DNA of 64,000 nucleotides from a virus (lineage: Duplodnaviria; Caudoviricetes), in IMG/VR virus record IMGVR_UViG_3300037454_000334, positions 32,001 through 96,000 of that record; one strand, written 5' to 3'. Positions 10,252 through 18,536 of the stretch are shown here, in pieces (the stretch's first letter is position 1; each line of letters opens with the position of its first letter). Position numbers and translations under genes: made by a program. The notes under the pieces were generated by a model, which was not told the origin of the DNA, searched no databases, and worked only from the letters and a program-made list of their open reading frames with translations.

Positions 10252-10400
10252 CTTATTTTCTATTTTAATTCGATTTTAAGCCGATTCAAACCGCCTTATT
10301 TCCAGGATTTCTGCGAAAACAAGCGGAAAACGGCGATTTTTATTTCTTATTTTGACGTTTAGGCGCCTGTTTCGGCGGCTTTTCCGTTTTTATTTCGGAT

Positions 10401-10784
10401 TCATGCTTTGACTGCTGAACCTGAACCTGAGCCGCTGGGCACATCGGGCACGGCGTCTGAGGGACTGATCGCGTCGGTGTCGGCTGGGTCTGCTGTTGGA
10501 TAAATCTTTCCATATACCTTTATATATAAGTGGTCGATGATTCCCATGAAGAGGTCGAGCCAGATGGCCGACCAGGCTGAGAGGAAGGATACCGCGAGCG
10601 AGGTGACGACGCCGAGACCGCCGACAAGGCAGTAGCAGAGCACTGCCCAGAAGCTGAAGCACTTCACACAACTGACAATCGGCAGCCGCTGACGGACGAC
10701 CGACGCGACCGCATCTATCAGCCCGAGATGGTTGGCGGCGGTGCAGGCGAACACGATGCACGCGATATCCTGAAGGTTCATCAT
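10401..10784 (-). CDS. DUF1360-like membrane protein
   Basis: SCVKCFSFW motif between TM helices; ATGA overlap with the upstream gene. Confidence 0.65.
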   Translation of the reverse strand: MMNLQDIACIVFACTAANHLGLIDAVASVVRQRLPIVSCVKCFSFWAVLCYCLVGGLGVVTSLAVSFLSAWSAIWLDLFMGIIDHLYIKVYGKIYPTADPADTDAISPSDAVPDVPSGSGSGSAVKA

Positions 10785-11248
10785 GCGCCGGCAGTCACTT
10801 CGATGCTGGTGGTGAGGGCTATCTGGTTGGTGCATGGACGTGTGCCCTGGCAGCAGCCACAGCCGTTGTTGATGTAATACTTGATGGGCTTCGGGCTTGC
10901 CTTCACCTCACCGATGGTCAGCGTGGGCTGGGTGGCCGACGTGCATGGCAGGCAGCACTGGTAGCTGACGTACTCCGTGCGTGGCTCGCAGCTTCCGCAG
11001 GGGCAATAAGTCACGGTGCCCGACACCAGGCACTCCTGACAATACATCGAGTTACCCACGTCGATGGGCTGACCTACGGCGGCTACACTGAGGCTGGCGA
11101 TGACGGGGCGGGCGGGGTCGCTGAGCGCCATCTTGCGGCCTCCGCATGTGTAGTGCGTCAGACCGAGCGTGTACACTCCCGCTGTCGGGGTGGACATCAG
11201 GAAGTCAGGATTGTCCTGTCCGTTCCTGCAGTTACAGTTACAATTCAT
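10781..11248 (-). CDS. Cys-rich beta-strand protein (16 Cys in 155 aa)
   Basis: MNCNCNC start; CPCGSC, CCLPC and CGCC clusters. Confidence 0.82.
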   Translation of the reverse strand: MNCNCNCRNGQDNPDFLMSTPTAGVYTLGLTHYTCGGRKMALSDPARPVIASLSVAAVGQPIDVGNSMYCQECLVSGTVTYCPCGSCEPRTEYVSYQCCLPCTSATQPTLTIGEVKASPKPIKYYINNGCGCCQGTRPCTNQIALTTSIEVTAGA

Positions 11249-11317
11249 AATCGTTTTGTTTTTGTGTTAATTATCTCGGGAGTCTTTGACTGCGCCACTC
11301 CCACCTTGCGCTATGTC

Positions 11318-11635
11318 TTATTCAGCTGCATCGGGCTCCTTCGCGAACTCCTTGGGGAAGAGCTCTGGCTCAACTGTGTTGGGGTCGAAGACGGCTGCCT
11401 CGCTCGACTGGATGGCCTCTATCTTCGTGGCGAGGTCTTTTACCGATCCTTGCATGGCTTCTATCTGACCTTGCATACTGGCCAATGTCTCCATGACCTT
11501 ATCCAGCACCATCATGTTCGAGTATGCGTGCTGCGATGCACAATACTGACGCTGTGCGGGAATGCACTTCAGGCAGTTGCCAGGGCACTTGTACTGCGGC
11601 TGCTGGGCCTGCTGGTTCTGATTTGTCTGTTCCAT
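11318..11635 (-). CDS. hypothetical protein, CxxxCxxC plus coiled coil
   Basis: CPGNCLKC..C then a heptad stretch. Confidence 0.8.
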   Translation of the reverse strand: MEQTNQNQQAQQPQYKCPGNCLKCIPAQRQYCASQHAYSNMMVLDKVMETLASMQGQIEAMQGSVKDLATKIEAIQSSEAAVFDPNTVEPELFPKEFAKEPDAAE

Positions 11636-11710
11636 ATTGCAAATGTTATTTCTGTTTTATTCTCAAGACTTGTCTGTCGTTCAATGACTTAGAGATCGTC
11701 TTTTCAAATC

Positions 11711-11929
11711 TCATTTGAAGTATTCGCAAATCCTGTTCCTTACTATCGGGTTCTTGTCCCAGTTGGCGATGGCCTTTGCCGCCTTCTCCGCCGTGACAGC
11801 GCGACCCTGACGAGCATGATAGCCGATAAAAGCAACGATAGCCATACGCAGATCCTCCACTTCGCGCTCGTCGTAGGCATACACCTCGAAGCTGATGGGG
11901 AACACCTTGATTTCCTTCTTCTCATCCAT
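11711..11929 (-). CDS. hypothetical protein
   Basis: 72-aa ORF in operon. Confidence 0.75.
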   Translation of the reverse strand: MDEKKEIKVFPISFEVYAYDEREVEDLRMAIVAFIGYHARQGRAVTAEKAAKAIANWDKNPIVRNRICEYFK

Positions 11930-11940
11930 TTTGCCGTGAA

Positions 11941-12324
11941 TTAACTGTTACTGACTGGTTGGTTGATGGGCGGCAGGTCCACCGTCGGTGCGGGCGGCTC
12001 CGGCGTCGGGATTACGCCGCGGTTGGCGATGACCTGCTGCACATACTGGTATGCCTGCTGAATGGACGGGCCGTTCTCCTTCAGCCAGTCCATGACGGCG
12101 TTGACTGTCTGGGCGGTGTTCTGCTGCCATGTCAGTGGCACGGGGTCCTGATCGGGCAGGTCTGGCATGTCCGATGCGAAGAAGTCGTACAGCTCCTTCG
12201 CCTCCTTCAGGTCGCCCTTGGCGCAGAAGAGGCACTGCAGCTTCAGGCTGCTCTTGCTCGTTGCTCTTAGTCCCTGGTTCACCATCTGTAACCTCCGTTT
12301 CTTCTTCCCATAGTTCCATATCAT
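11941..12324 (-). CDS. hypothetical protein
   Basis: ORF from MIWNYGKK; Pro-rich tail. Confidence 0.72.
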   Translation of the reverse strand: MIWNYGKKKRRLQMVNQGLRATSKSSLKLQCLFCAKGDLKEAKELYDFFASDMPDLPDQDPVPLTWQQNTAQTVNAVMDWLKENGPSIQQAYQYVQQVIANRGVIPTPEPPAPTVDLPPINQPVSNS

Positions 12325-12414
12325 ATTGCCGTGATTTGATGTTGGAAATGAGGGGCGGCATCCCTCAAGCATCCTTCACTATGCGTTACCGGTTAGCCGC
12401 CACCTCAAATCACT

Positions 12415-12969
12415 TTAGCCGTTGCAGCAGCCGCCGGGGCAAGAACAGGGCTGGGGAGCCGAGTACAGGCTGACGGGTGTCGGGTTCAGCGATGCGCGAC
12501 CAGTCACGAAGTCGGAGTAGGTCTGCGTCATCACGCTGTTCACGGCGCTCAGTTCAGCAGCCTGCTGTGCAGAGAGCGTTCCCTGCTGACTGCCGCTCAC
12601 GGTGTCGTTGACAGTCTGGGTGATGGTCTGGTCGCCAGCGATGCGCTCCTGACGCTCAGCAGCAAACAGGTTGGTCAACTGGTCGAGCTGACGCTGTGTG
12701 GCGCCGTTCTGCAGGGTTGCAATCTCCTTGGCGGCGAGAGCAACCTCCTTGGCCTGGTTGGCCTTGGCATTGCCGTACATACCACCGAAGAGCCATGCGC
12801 CTACGCCAACTGCCGTGCCGACAGTGCCGAGAACAAGTCCTGCAACTCCGATACCACTGGTGTGGTTCTTCTGCTGCATGTAACCGACTTTGTACTGCTC
12901 GTAAGGAGAGAGTCCCTCTTTCGAGTCCATCCCACGGAGCATCATCAAATCATTAGCATCTAAAGCCAT
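12415..12969 (-). CDS. Gly-zipper/TM plus coiled-coil protein with Cys-rich C-terminus
   Basis: GIGVAGLVLGTVGTAVGVGAW; ends PQPCSCPGGCCNG; first gene of the operon. Confidence 0.85.
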   Translation of the reverse strand: MALDANDLMMLRGMDSKEGLSPYEQYKVGYMQQKNHTSGIGVAGLVLGTVGTAVGVGAWLFGGMYGNAKANQAKEVALAAKEIATLQNGATQRQLDQLTNLFAAERQERIAGDQTITQTVNDTVSGSQQGTLSAQQAAELSAVNSVMTQTYSDFVTGRASLNPTPVSLYSAPQPCSCPGGCCNG

Positions 12970-13107
12970 AATCTTAATGTTTTTGTGTTAGTGAAAAATT
13001 GAAGAACGGGACTTTCCCGTCCGCTTGCAAAATTCGGCAATAAACGGCCTCGGACAAAGAAAATCCACACCTCTTTAGGCTCACTTTTCAAGCCTAAGAA
13101 GCGCATA

Positions 13108-13141
13108 GTCCCAAATCATCCGTCCGACGATGATACCTTTG
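13108..13141 (+). promoter_or_regulatory. GTCCC-N21-TACCTTTG promoter driving a short transcript
   Basis: Exact motif on the + strand; no gene before the terminator at 13234. Confidence 0.65.
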
Positions 13142-13233
13142 CCTACGACTCGGGTATACCGGTGCAGACAAACATTGTCAAACCCTTTAAAACATGAGGA
13201 AAGGAACGAATATGATTACATAACAAAATAACA

Positions 13234-13385
13234 GGGGCTTGCCTTGGTGTCAGCAAGGCTCGCCCCCTTTCAGTCTGCGGTCTCCTTCGCTGTTATGTCC
13301 ATTGGACGGCGTGTTCACAAGGAGGCACGCAGACTTTTGGTGATCGTTAACATCAGGCTTTGCAGGTCGTTTGATGCAAACGGCT
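13234..13385 (-). ncRNA. candidate structured small RNA plus shared terminator hairpin
   Basis: TAACTTTG box at 13387-13394; stems AGTCTGCG/CGCAGACT, CTCCTT/AAGGAG, TTTGCA/TGCAAA; terminator stem 13234-13266. Confidence 0.45.
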
Positions 13386-13411
13386 GCAAAGTTAACCAAA
13401 AGTATCAATCA

Positions 13412-13651
13412 ATGGACACAATCTTCGACCATATTGAACCTTTTGAGGATTTCTTAACACTCCTCGCACGCAATAAGGTCTCTGTCGGCGACGTGAAGTA
13501 TTTCCCGGCCTACCGTGAATATCTTCACAGACGCTTCGTCGACAAGGACCTGTATTACAACTGCGTCGATGAGCTGTCGGAGAAATACGGCTTGAGACCT
13601 GGCACGTTCAGGACCAAGATCAGGCTGTTCTCGGAAGAGTTCAAAAAATAA
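13412..13651 (+). CDS. small HTH (Mor-like) regulator
   Basis: 79 aa from MDTIFD; ELSEKYGLRPGTFRTKIR HTH-like; divergent from the Cys-rich operon. Confidence 0.6.
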   Translation: MDTIFDHIEPFEDFLTLLARNKVSVGDVKYFPAYREYLHRRFVDKDLYYNCVDELSEKYGLRPGTFRTKIRLFSEEFKK

Positions 13652-13868
13652 GCCCGCTGCTTAACAAAGTTTAGCAGTCAGAGAGATTTCTGCACCGGTT
13701 TTACCCGCTTTTTTGTATAAAAAATTGCTAATTGCTTGCAACTTCCGTTTTATTTGCGTATATTTGCGTCGTGGTTCTCCCTCCAAGGAGGTATTCTCTT
13801 GCGATGGCTGGTAATTTTCAGCCTGATTTTGGAAATAATCCTGAATTTAATACAAAAAACACCGAAAA

Positions 13869-15047
13869 ATGGAATCAAAAATCCGCTACCATTTGTGCTA
13901 TAACTACGGTAAGAAACTCAATGCTGACGGACGCTCTCCGGTGGCCGTCGAGGCACGTCAGGGCACCAAGAGAATATACCTGTCGACACAGGTTATGCTC
14001 TTCCCATATCAATGGAACAACGGGAAGGTCGTCAACCACCCGAATGCGTCTAAGCTGACCGTCTGGCTCTTCAGACGGATGCACGAGATTGAGGAGATCG
14101 AGCTCGACTCACTGCTCAACGACAAACCGATGCTGCTCTCTCAGCTGAAGCAGGCCGTCAGGTCCGGTTCCAAGCCGTCGGCATCCATAGAGGAGTTCGT
14201 GAATGCCGTCATCGAGCCGAGCAACCGCAGCCGCCAGACCAAGGATGCCTATCACACGCTGGCCCGCGAGACCGAGAAATACGACAAGAAGACGAAGATG
14301 AACACCATCGACCACGACTGGATTGAGCGGTGGCGTACCACGATGCTGCAGCAGGGATTGTCGGAGAACACCGTCAAAGGACGTCTGAAGATGCTACACT
14401 GCCTGACGCAGGAGGCCATCAAGCGCGATCTCCTGAGTCAGGACCCCTTCAAATGGATTGTCATTGGCAACATGACGCCGAAGCAGGAGTTCCTGACCAA
14501 GGGCGAGCTCCGCAAGATAGAGCGGGTCCGTCTGACGGGCAAGGAGGCGAAGGTGCGCGACCTGTTCCTGCTCGGGGTATATACAGGCCTCAGATGGAGC
14601 GACCTGACCACGCTTGAGGAAGCCGACATCAGCGGCGGCATCATTCGCAAACGGATGTATAAGACGAAGCGTGACGTCACCATCCCCATCAAGACGCTCT
14701 TCTGGGGCAAGGGCCAGGAAATCGTCGACCGCTACCAGCCGATCACCAGGCTCTGCAAATGCGTAAAATGCAACTCCACCGGCAACCGGATTATTCAGGC
14801 CATCGCTGAACGCATCGGCATCAAACAGCGCGTCCACTTCCACCTCGCCCGCAAGACATGCTCAACAATGCTCAACGCCCTCGGCCTACCGACGAACGAC
14901 ATCACAAGCATCCTTGGCCACGCCAAAATTGAGACCACCCAAAAATACTATATCTTCGGTAAAGAAGAATCGCTCATCAAATCTGCAAAGAAACTATTCA
15001 AACAACAAAAAGAGTCGCCTATCGAGACTGATATCGAACAAGAGTAG
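13869..15047 (+). CDS. int: tyrosine recombinase / integrase
   Basis: YTGLRWSD (R), HFHLARKT (HxxR), LGHAKIETTQKYY (H, Y); Bacteroidetes arm-binding-like N-terminus. Confidence 0.93.
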   Translation: MESKIRYHLCYNYGKKLNADGRSPVAVEARQGTKRIYLSTQVMLFPYQWNNGKVVNHPNASKLTVWLFRRMHEIEEIELDSLLNDKPMLLSQLKQAVRSGSKPSASIEEFVNAVIEPSNRSRQTKDAYHTLARETEKYDKKTKMNTIDHDWIERWRTTMLQQGLSENTVKGRLKMLHCLTQEAIKRDLLSQDPFKWIVIGNMTPKQEFLTKGELRKIERVRLTGKEAKVRDLFLLGVYTGLRWSDLTTLEEADISGGIIRKRMYKTKRDVTIPIKTLFWGKGQEIVDRYQPITRLCKCVKCNSTGNRIIQAIAERIGIKQRVHFHLARKTCSTMLNALGLPTNDITSILGHAKIETTQKYYIFGKEESLIKSAKKLFKQQKESPIETDIEQE

Positions 15048-15069
15048 CGTGATCCAACAGACCGGAAAT

Positions 15070-15582
15070 TCAATGCACCGCATCGGCAGCAACCATGGTT
15101 ATATAACAGATAGCTTCCGCCAACAGGCAGATACCGAAATTAATACGGACAAGAAAATACTTCATACTCTTACTCCTCCAACTAACGACAAGAAACAATG
15201 AAGCTGTCAGCCACAATAGACACCACCATAAACAGGCAACGAAGACACATACCTGTGACATCAGTCCAGCGGCAAATGCCCCAACATAATGCCACCGGCG
15301 AGTCTCTGACTGGAATAATGGCCACGCACCGACGAACACAATGCAGACCACGGTTATAAAACCCAAATAGCCACAGCCCTTTTTATCCAAAATCTCAATC
15401 ATTGGGGCGGTAGTGAAAATACCCACAAACCACAGCCAAAACGTCCACAACCACCGCCAGCCGCCTTTAGGCAGCACATAAACCATTGCGGAGATGCTAT
15501 CAGGAAGACCTTTCAGCTTCCAAATAGTGGCGCCCATATAGGACACCACTAAAAGGATTGAGAGTATTATTACAGTCATCAT
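15070..15582 (-). CDS. multi-pass membrane protein
   Basis: Several hydrophobic helices. Confidence 0.75.
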   Translation of the reverse strand: MMTVIILSILLVVSYMGATIWKLKGLPDSISAMVYVLPKGGWRWLWTFWLWFVGIFTTAPMIEILDKKGCGYLGFITVVCIVFVGAWPLFQSETRRWHYVGAFAAGLMSQVCVFVACLWWCLLWLTASLFLVVSWRSKSMKYFLVRINFGICLLAEAICYITMVAADAVH

Positions 15583-15587
15583 TGAGA

Positions 15588-16142
15588 CTACTTCTCTGCA
15601 TTAGATGCCTGTGCAGGCTGAGGAAAAAGTTCCTCGTATGGCTCCCATTCGATAGAATCCTTACGAGCCCATCCGTCAGACAGCGTTTGGTTAATATAGG
15701 CAACAGCCTTGATATAGAAGTCGTCAGCATCCTCCATTGTCTCAAAAGTATGATACACTGGCAAACCATCCTCTGTTTCACCCATCTTGAATGTAACAGG
15801 TAACGTGGCGCCATTCTTTTGTACAGCCAGGTCATAGGCTGATTTGAAGTTAAACTGATTCTCAGTAGAGAGCCATACAGGAATAACCTCTTCAGAACCG
15901 ACAGGCGACCACGTAAATCCTGAAATAATAATCTCATCAGTCTGCGCATTGATGTCACCAAAAATTGCGTCCTTTACCATCTGCAGCGTCAACTGAGAAC
16001 ACTGTGTCTTGGGAATATAGATTTCATACCACTCATACAGGTTCTTTCCTGCAACCTTCTTTAGATCGTAACCGATGACGATGCGCGAATTTTCTTCGCG
16101 AACGAGCGAGAAGTCGCTCTTTTTTCCACTCATTTTGTTCAT
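15588..16142 (-). CDS. DUF4376-like phage protein (tail-fibre associated)
   Basis: VWLSTENQFNFKSAYDLAVQ..GATLPVTFKMG motif. Confidence 0.72.
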   Translation of the reverse strand: MNKMSGKKSDFSLVREENSRIVIGYDLKKVAGKNLYEWYEIYIPKTQCSQLTLQMVKDAIFGDINAQTDEIIISGFTWSPVGSEEVIPVWLSTENQFNFKSAYDLAVQKNGATLPVTFKMGETEDGLPVYHTFETMEDADDFYIKAVAYINQTLSDGWARKDSIEWEPYEELFPQPAQASNAEK

Positions 16143-17409
16143 AATCCTGTTGTTTTAATAAATTAATAAAATATTGATGTCGTTCTGTAATCTTTGTCAT
16201 ATCCTCACTGAACACACCGAGCCGCATAAACTCTGCTCGAAAGAAAAGTTCTCGGCGAAGGCGGAAAGAAGCCGTATGAGAGAATATACCGAGATAGGAG
16301 CTGATAGTACGCAGCATCTTGTCGGCGGTAGTTTTGCCTCCTGCCAGACTGTTTGTTGGACGAGACATTGAAAGCCACTTTGGACGCAGTGACGGATGTG
16401 TCAGATAGAAGATGTTTCTTCTGATGCGCCGCAAAGTGTGATTCGATACATAAGTGCGCCATGGCTTGATAAAAGCACCGAGGAATTCTACACCATGATG
16501 TACCTCGCTGACTTCGAGTTTGCCCATGTGTAGTTCCAAACCAAGTTCCTGAAACAGGAATGATCTGATCCGAGTCACGAGCGACAACAACCACTCCTTG
16601 TTGGCACTGATGACTACCGAATCGTCTACATAACGTCCGTAGTTCTTGCATTTCAGTACTCGCTTCATAAACTGGTCGAAGATATTGAGATAGACGTTCG
16701 AGAAAAGCTGTGAGGTCAGATTGCCAATTGGAAGCCCGAGCCCGTCCTCTGTCTTCAGCAGGCTCTTGGCAGGATCTAGATCTACCCATCCCTCCAGCGA
16801 ACCGACAATAACACAGTTCTCCTTTGGATTCAACAGTGCAATCTCCGCTGTGAGCCAACATAAAAAGTCGATGTCTAGTCTGTCTGACCATCTCTCGATA
16901 GAGTGTCTGCATATACGATGCATAGCCATCTTCCTGAGCGAAGCGGTTGCTATCTCCAACAATTTTTTCCTGACGATGTGCATAAAGTAACCTCGGATAT
17001 CCAGGTGCATCGCATAACAAGGACACTGCCAGTTTCTCGACTCGCGGCGCAACATATCCGTTACCCGATTTATACCATAATGAGTACCGCGTCCAGGCAC
17101 ACAACTGTAGGAGTCCTGAATAAATGTACGCTCGTAGAGCTCGTGCGTGTAGTTGTAATAAAGGTGATGAACGATGCGGTCGCGAAACATAGCAGCAAAT
17201 ATTTCGCGCTTCTTCGGATATTCCACAATAAAGCACTTCGATGGCTGAGCCACATAACGACGACTGATGAGGTCGTCGCATAATTGCTCCATGTTCGTCT
17301 TTAAGTCGGACTCCCACTTCACGACATACGACATCATACCCTTGCCACGACGTGCATCGTAGTATGCAGCAAACAAATCGCGCAGAAGTTGTTGCCTTGT
17401 AAGCGTCAT
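16033..17409 (-). CDS. DGR reverse transcriptase
   Basis: FRDRIVHH, LDIRGYF, GLPIGNLTSQ, YGRYVDD, FLG motifs; adjacent TR. Confidence 0.96.
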   Translation of the reverse strand: MTLTRQQLLRDLFAAYYDARRGKGMMSYVVKWESDLKTNMEQLCDDLISRRYVAQPSKCFIVEYPKKREIFAAMFRDRIVHHLYYNYTHELYERTFIQDSYSCVPGRGTHYGINRVTDMLRRESRNWQCPCYAMHLDIRGYFMHIVRKKLLEIATASLRKMAMHRICRHSIERWSDRLDIDFLCWLTAEIALLNPKENCVIVGSLEGWVDLDPAKSLLKTEDGLGLPIGNLTSQLFSNVYLNIFDQFMKRVLKCKNYGRYVDDSVVISANKEWLLSLVTRIRSFLFQELGLELHMGKLEVSEVHHGVEFLGAFIKPWRTYVSNHTLRRIRRNIFYLTHPSLRPKWLSMSRPTNSLAGGKTTADKMLRTISSYLGIFSHTASFRLRRELFFRAEFMRLGVFSEDMTKITERHQYFINLLKQQDYEQNEWKKERLLARSRRKFAHRHRLRSKEGCRKEPV

Positions 17410-17469
17410 CTTTCATCACCGACATTATAAAAAATTAAGAAAGAAAAGGAGCTTGTCCAGAAAGGAGTG

Positions 17470-17651
17470 CTGAACCGCGCGGACCGAGAAGCCGTTGAAC
17501 CGATTGTTGTTGTTCTGCGGGTTGACACCACCAGAGTTGAAGTTCAAGTTCCGACCATTCGTGGCGGAGTTGAGCGAAGCAGCCCAGTAGTTGCCGTTCG
17601 AGCCGCGGTTGTTCCAAGACGTGCCATTGCCGTTGCCTGAGCACGGAAAAA
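17470..17651 (-). repeat. DGR template repeat (TR)
   Basis: 182-bp copy of the VR, rich in AAC codons; 40 adenines on the coding strand. Confidence 0.96.
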
Positions 17652-17806
17652 TGGCACAAGCGATCGTCACCTGATACGACGTTCCGAAGGGGTTGTACAA
17701 GACAAGACCATCGGAGGTCTTTGATTTTTCCTGCGGCTCGGAGCCACAAGACGGACGACCTATGAACTACGTGTCTGAACCGCATCCTTTTCTTTTCCTT
17801 ATTATA

Positions 17807-18409
17807 TTAGAACAATGCGGAGCACTGCCGTTTGAGTATTCGCAGCACTTTCAAAGCCTCATTGGGCGTAATGTCCTCTACAGGTAATGCCACTATCTGC
17901 GCTAGGATATCGCTCATACGCATCGGTTGATTCTTTGTTCCCGTCAGCGGAAGCAAATCATCCGCAGGGATGTCCTTGCCTGTCGGTTGCTTGTCATCAC
18001 CTTTTATAGGAAACTGTTTCTTCCATTCAGAGAACTGCTGTATGAGAGAATCATAACTCATCTCGCCAAGCGATGGCGGAAGTTCAATGGCAACATCAAT
18101 TAAGGTGTCGCTAACAGGCTTGAAACTAATCTGGTTATCATTGGGTATGAACTTTGCAAGCGACGTGACAGGGAAACCGACAAAGATGATGGTGCCGCTC
18201 GAAGACTTTACCTCCTTATGCACGGGCTTCAGACGATGGGAACTCGTCTGTGCTATCTGATCATCGGTAACAGCAAACTCACGACAAAGCCATGCGCTCC
18301 ATTCGTAGGCTTTATAGGTATTCCCCTCACGAAACAAATGAATAACATTCCAATGCTCTGTACCCTCACGCTGTTTCTCGACCTCAAAGATTTCCTTATA
18401 TGATGCCAT
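17807..18409 (-). CDS. DGR accessory protein, MutS-N-terminal-like
   Basis: IHLFREGNTYKAYEWSAW and VGFP motifs; lies between VR and TR. Confidence 0.75.
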   Translation of the reverse strand: MASYKEIFEVEKQREGTEHWNVIHLFREGNTYKAYEWSAWLCREFAVTDDQIAQTSSHRLKPVHKEVKSSSGTIIFVGFPVTSLAKFIPNDNQISFKPVSDTLIDVAIELPPSLGEMSYDSLIQQFSEWKKQFPIKGDDKQPTGKDIPADDLLPLTGTKNQPMRMSDILAQIVALPVEDITPNEALKVLRILKRQCSALF

Positions 18410-18458
18410 AACAAATTCTATTTATTGATATTTGCCTTTGAATCATCATTCCCGCTGT

Positions 18459-18493
18459 CTCTGCGCTCGCCGCTTGGAGCGGCGGCTACAGAG
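18459..18493 (-). promoter_or_regulatory. GC-rich hairpin downstream of the VR (DGR target-recognition hairpin)
   Basis: GCCGCT-TGG-AGCGGC inside CTCTG...CAGAG. Confidence 0.65.
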
Positions 18494-18536
18494 CCTGCGT
18501 GAACGATGATATTGGTAACTTCTTGGTGACACGTAG

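Noticed and set aside
10358-10513. 51-aa ORF MERFIQQ...CPMCP overlapping the DUF1360-like gene
   Set aside because: Short and largely overlapping; cannot be supported without homologues.
16033-17409. Group II intron or retron interpretation of the RT
   Set aside because: The TR/VR pair with adenine-specific mismatches and the GNLTSQ motif identify a DGR.
17425-17700. 91-aa ORF across the TR
   Set aside because: Open because the TR copies the VR coding frame; TTG start; treated as non-coding template.
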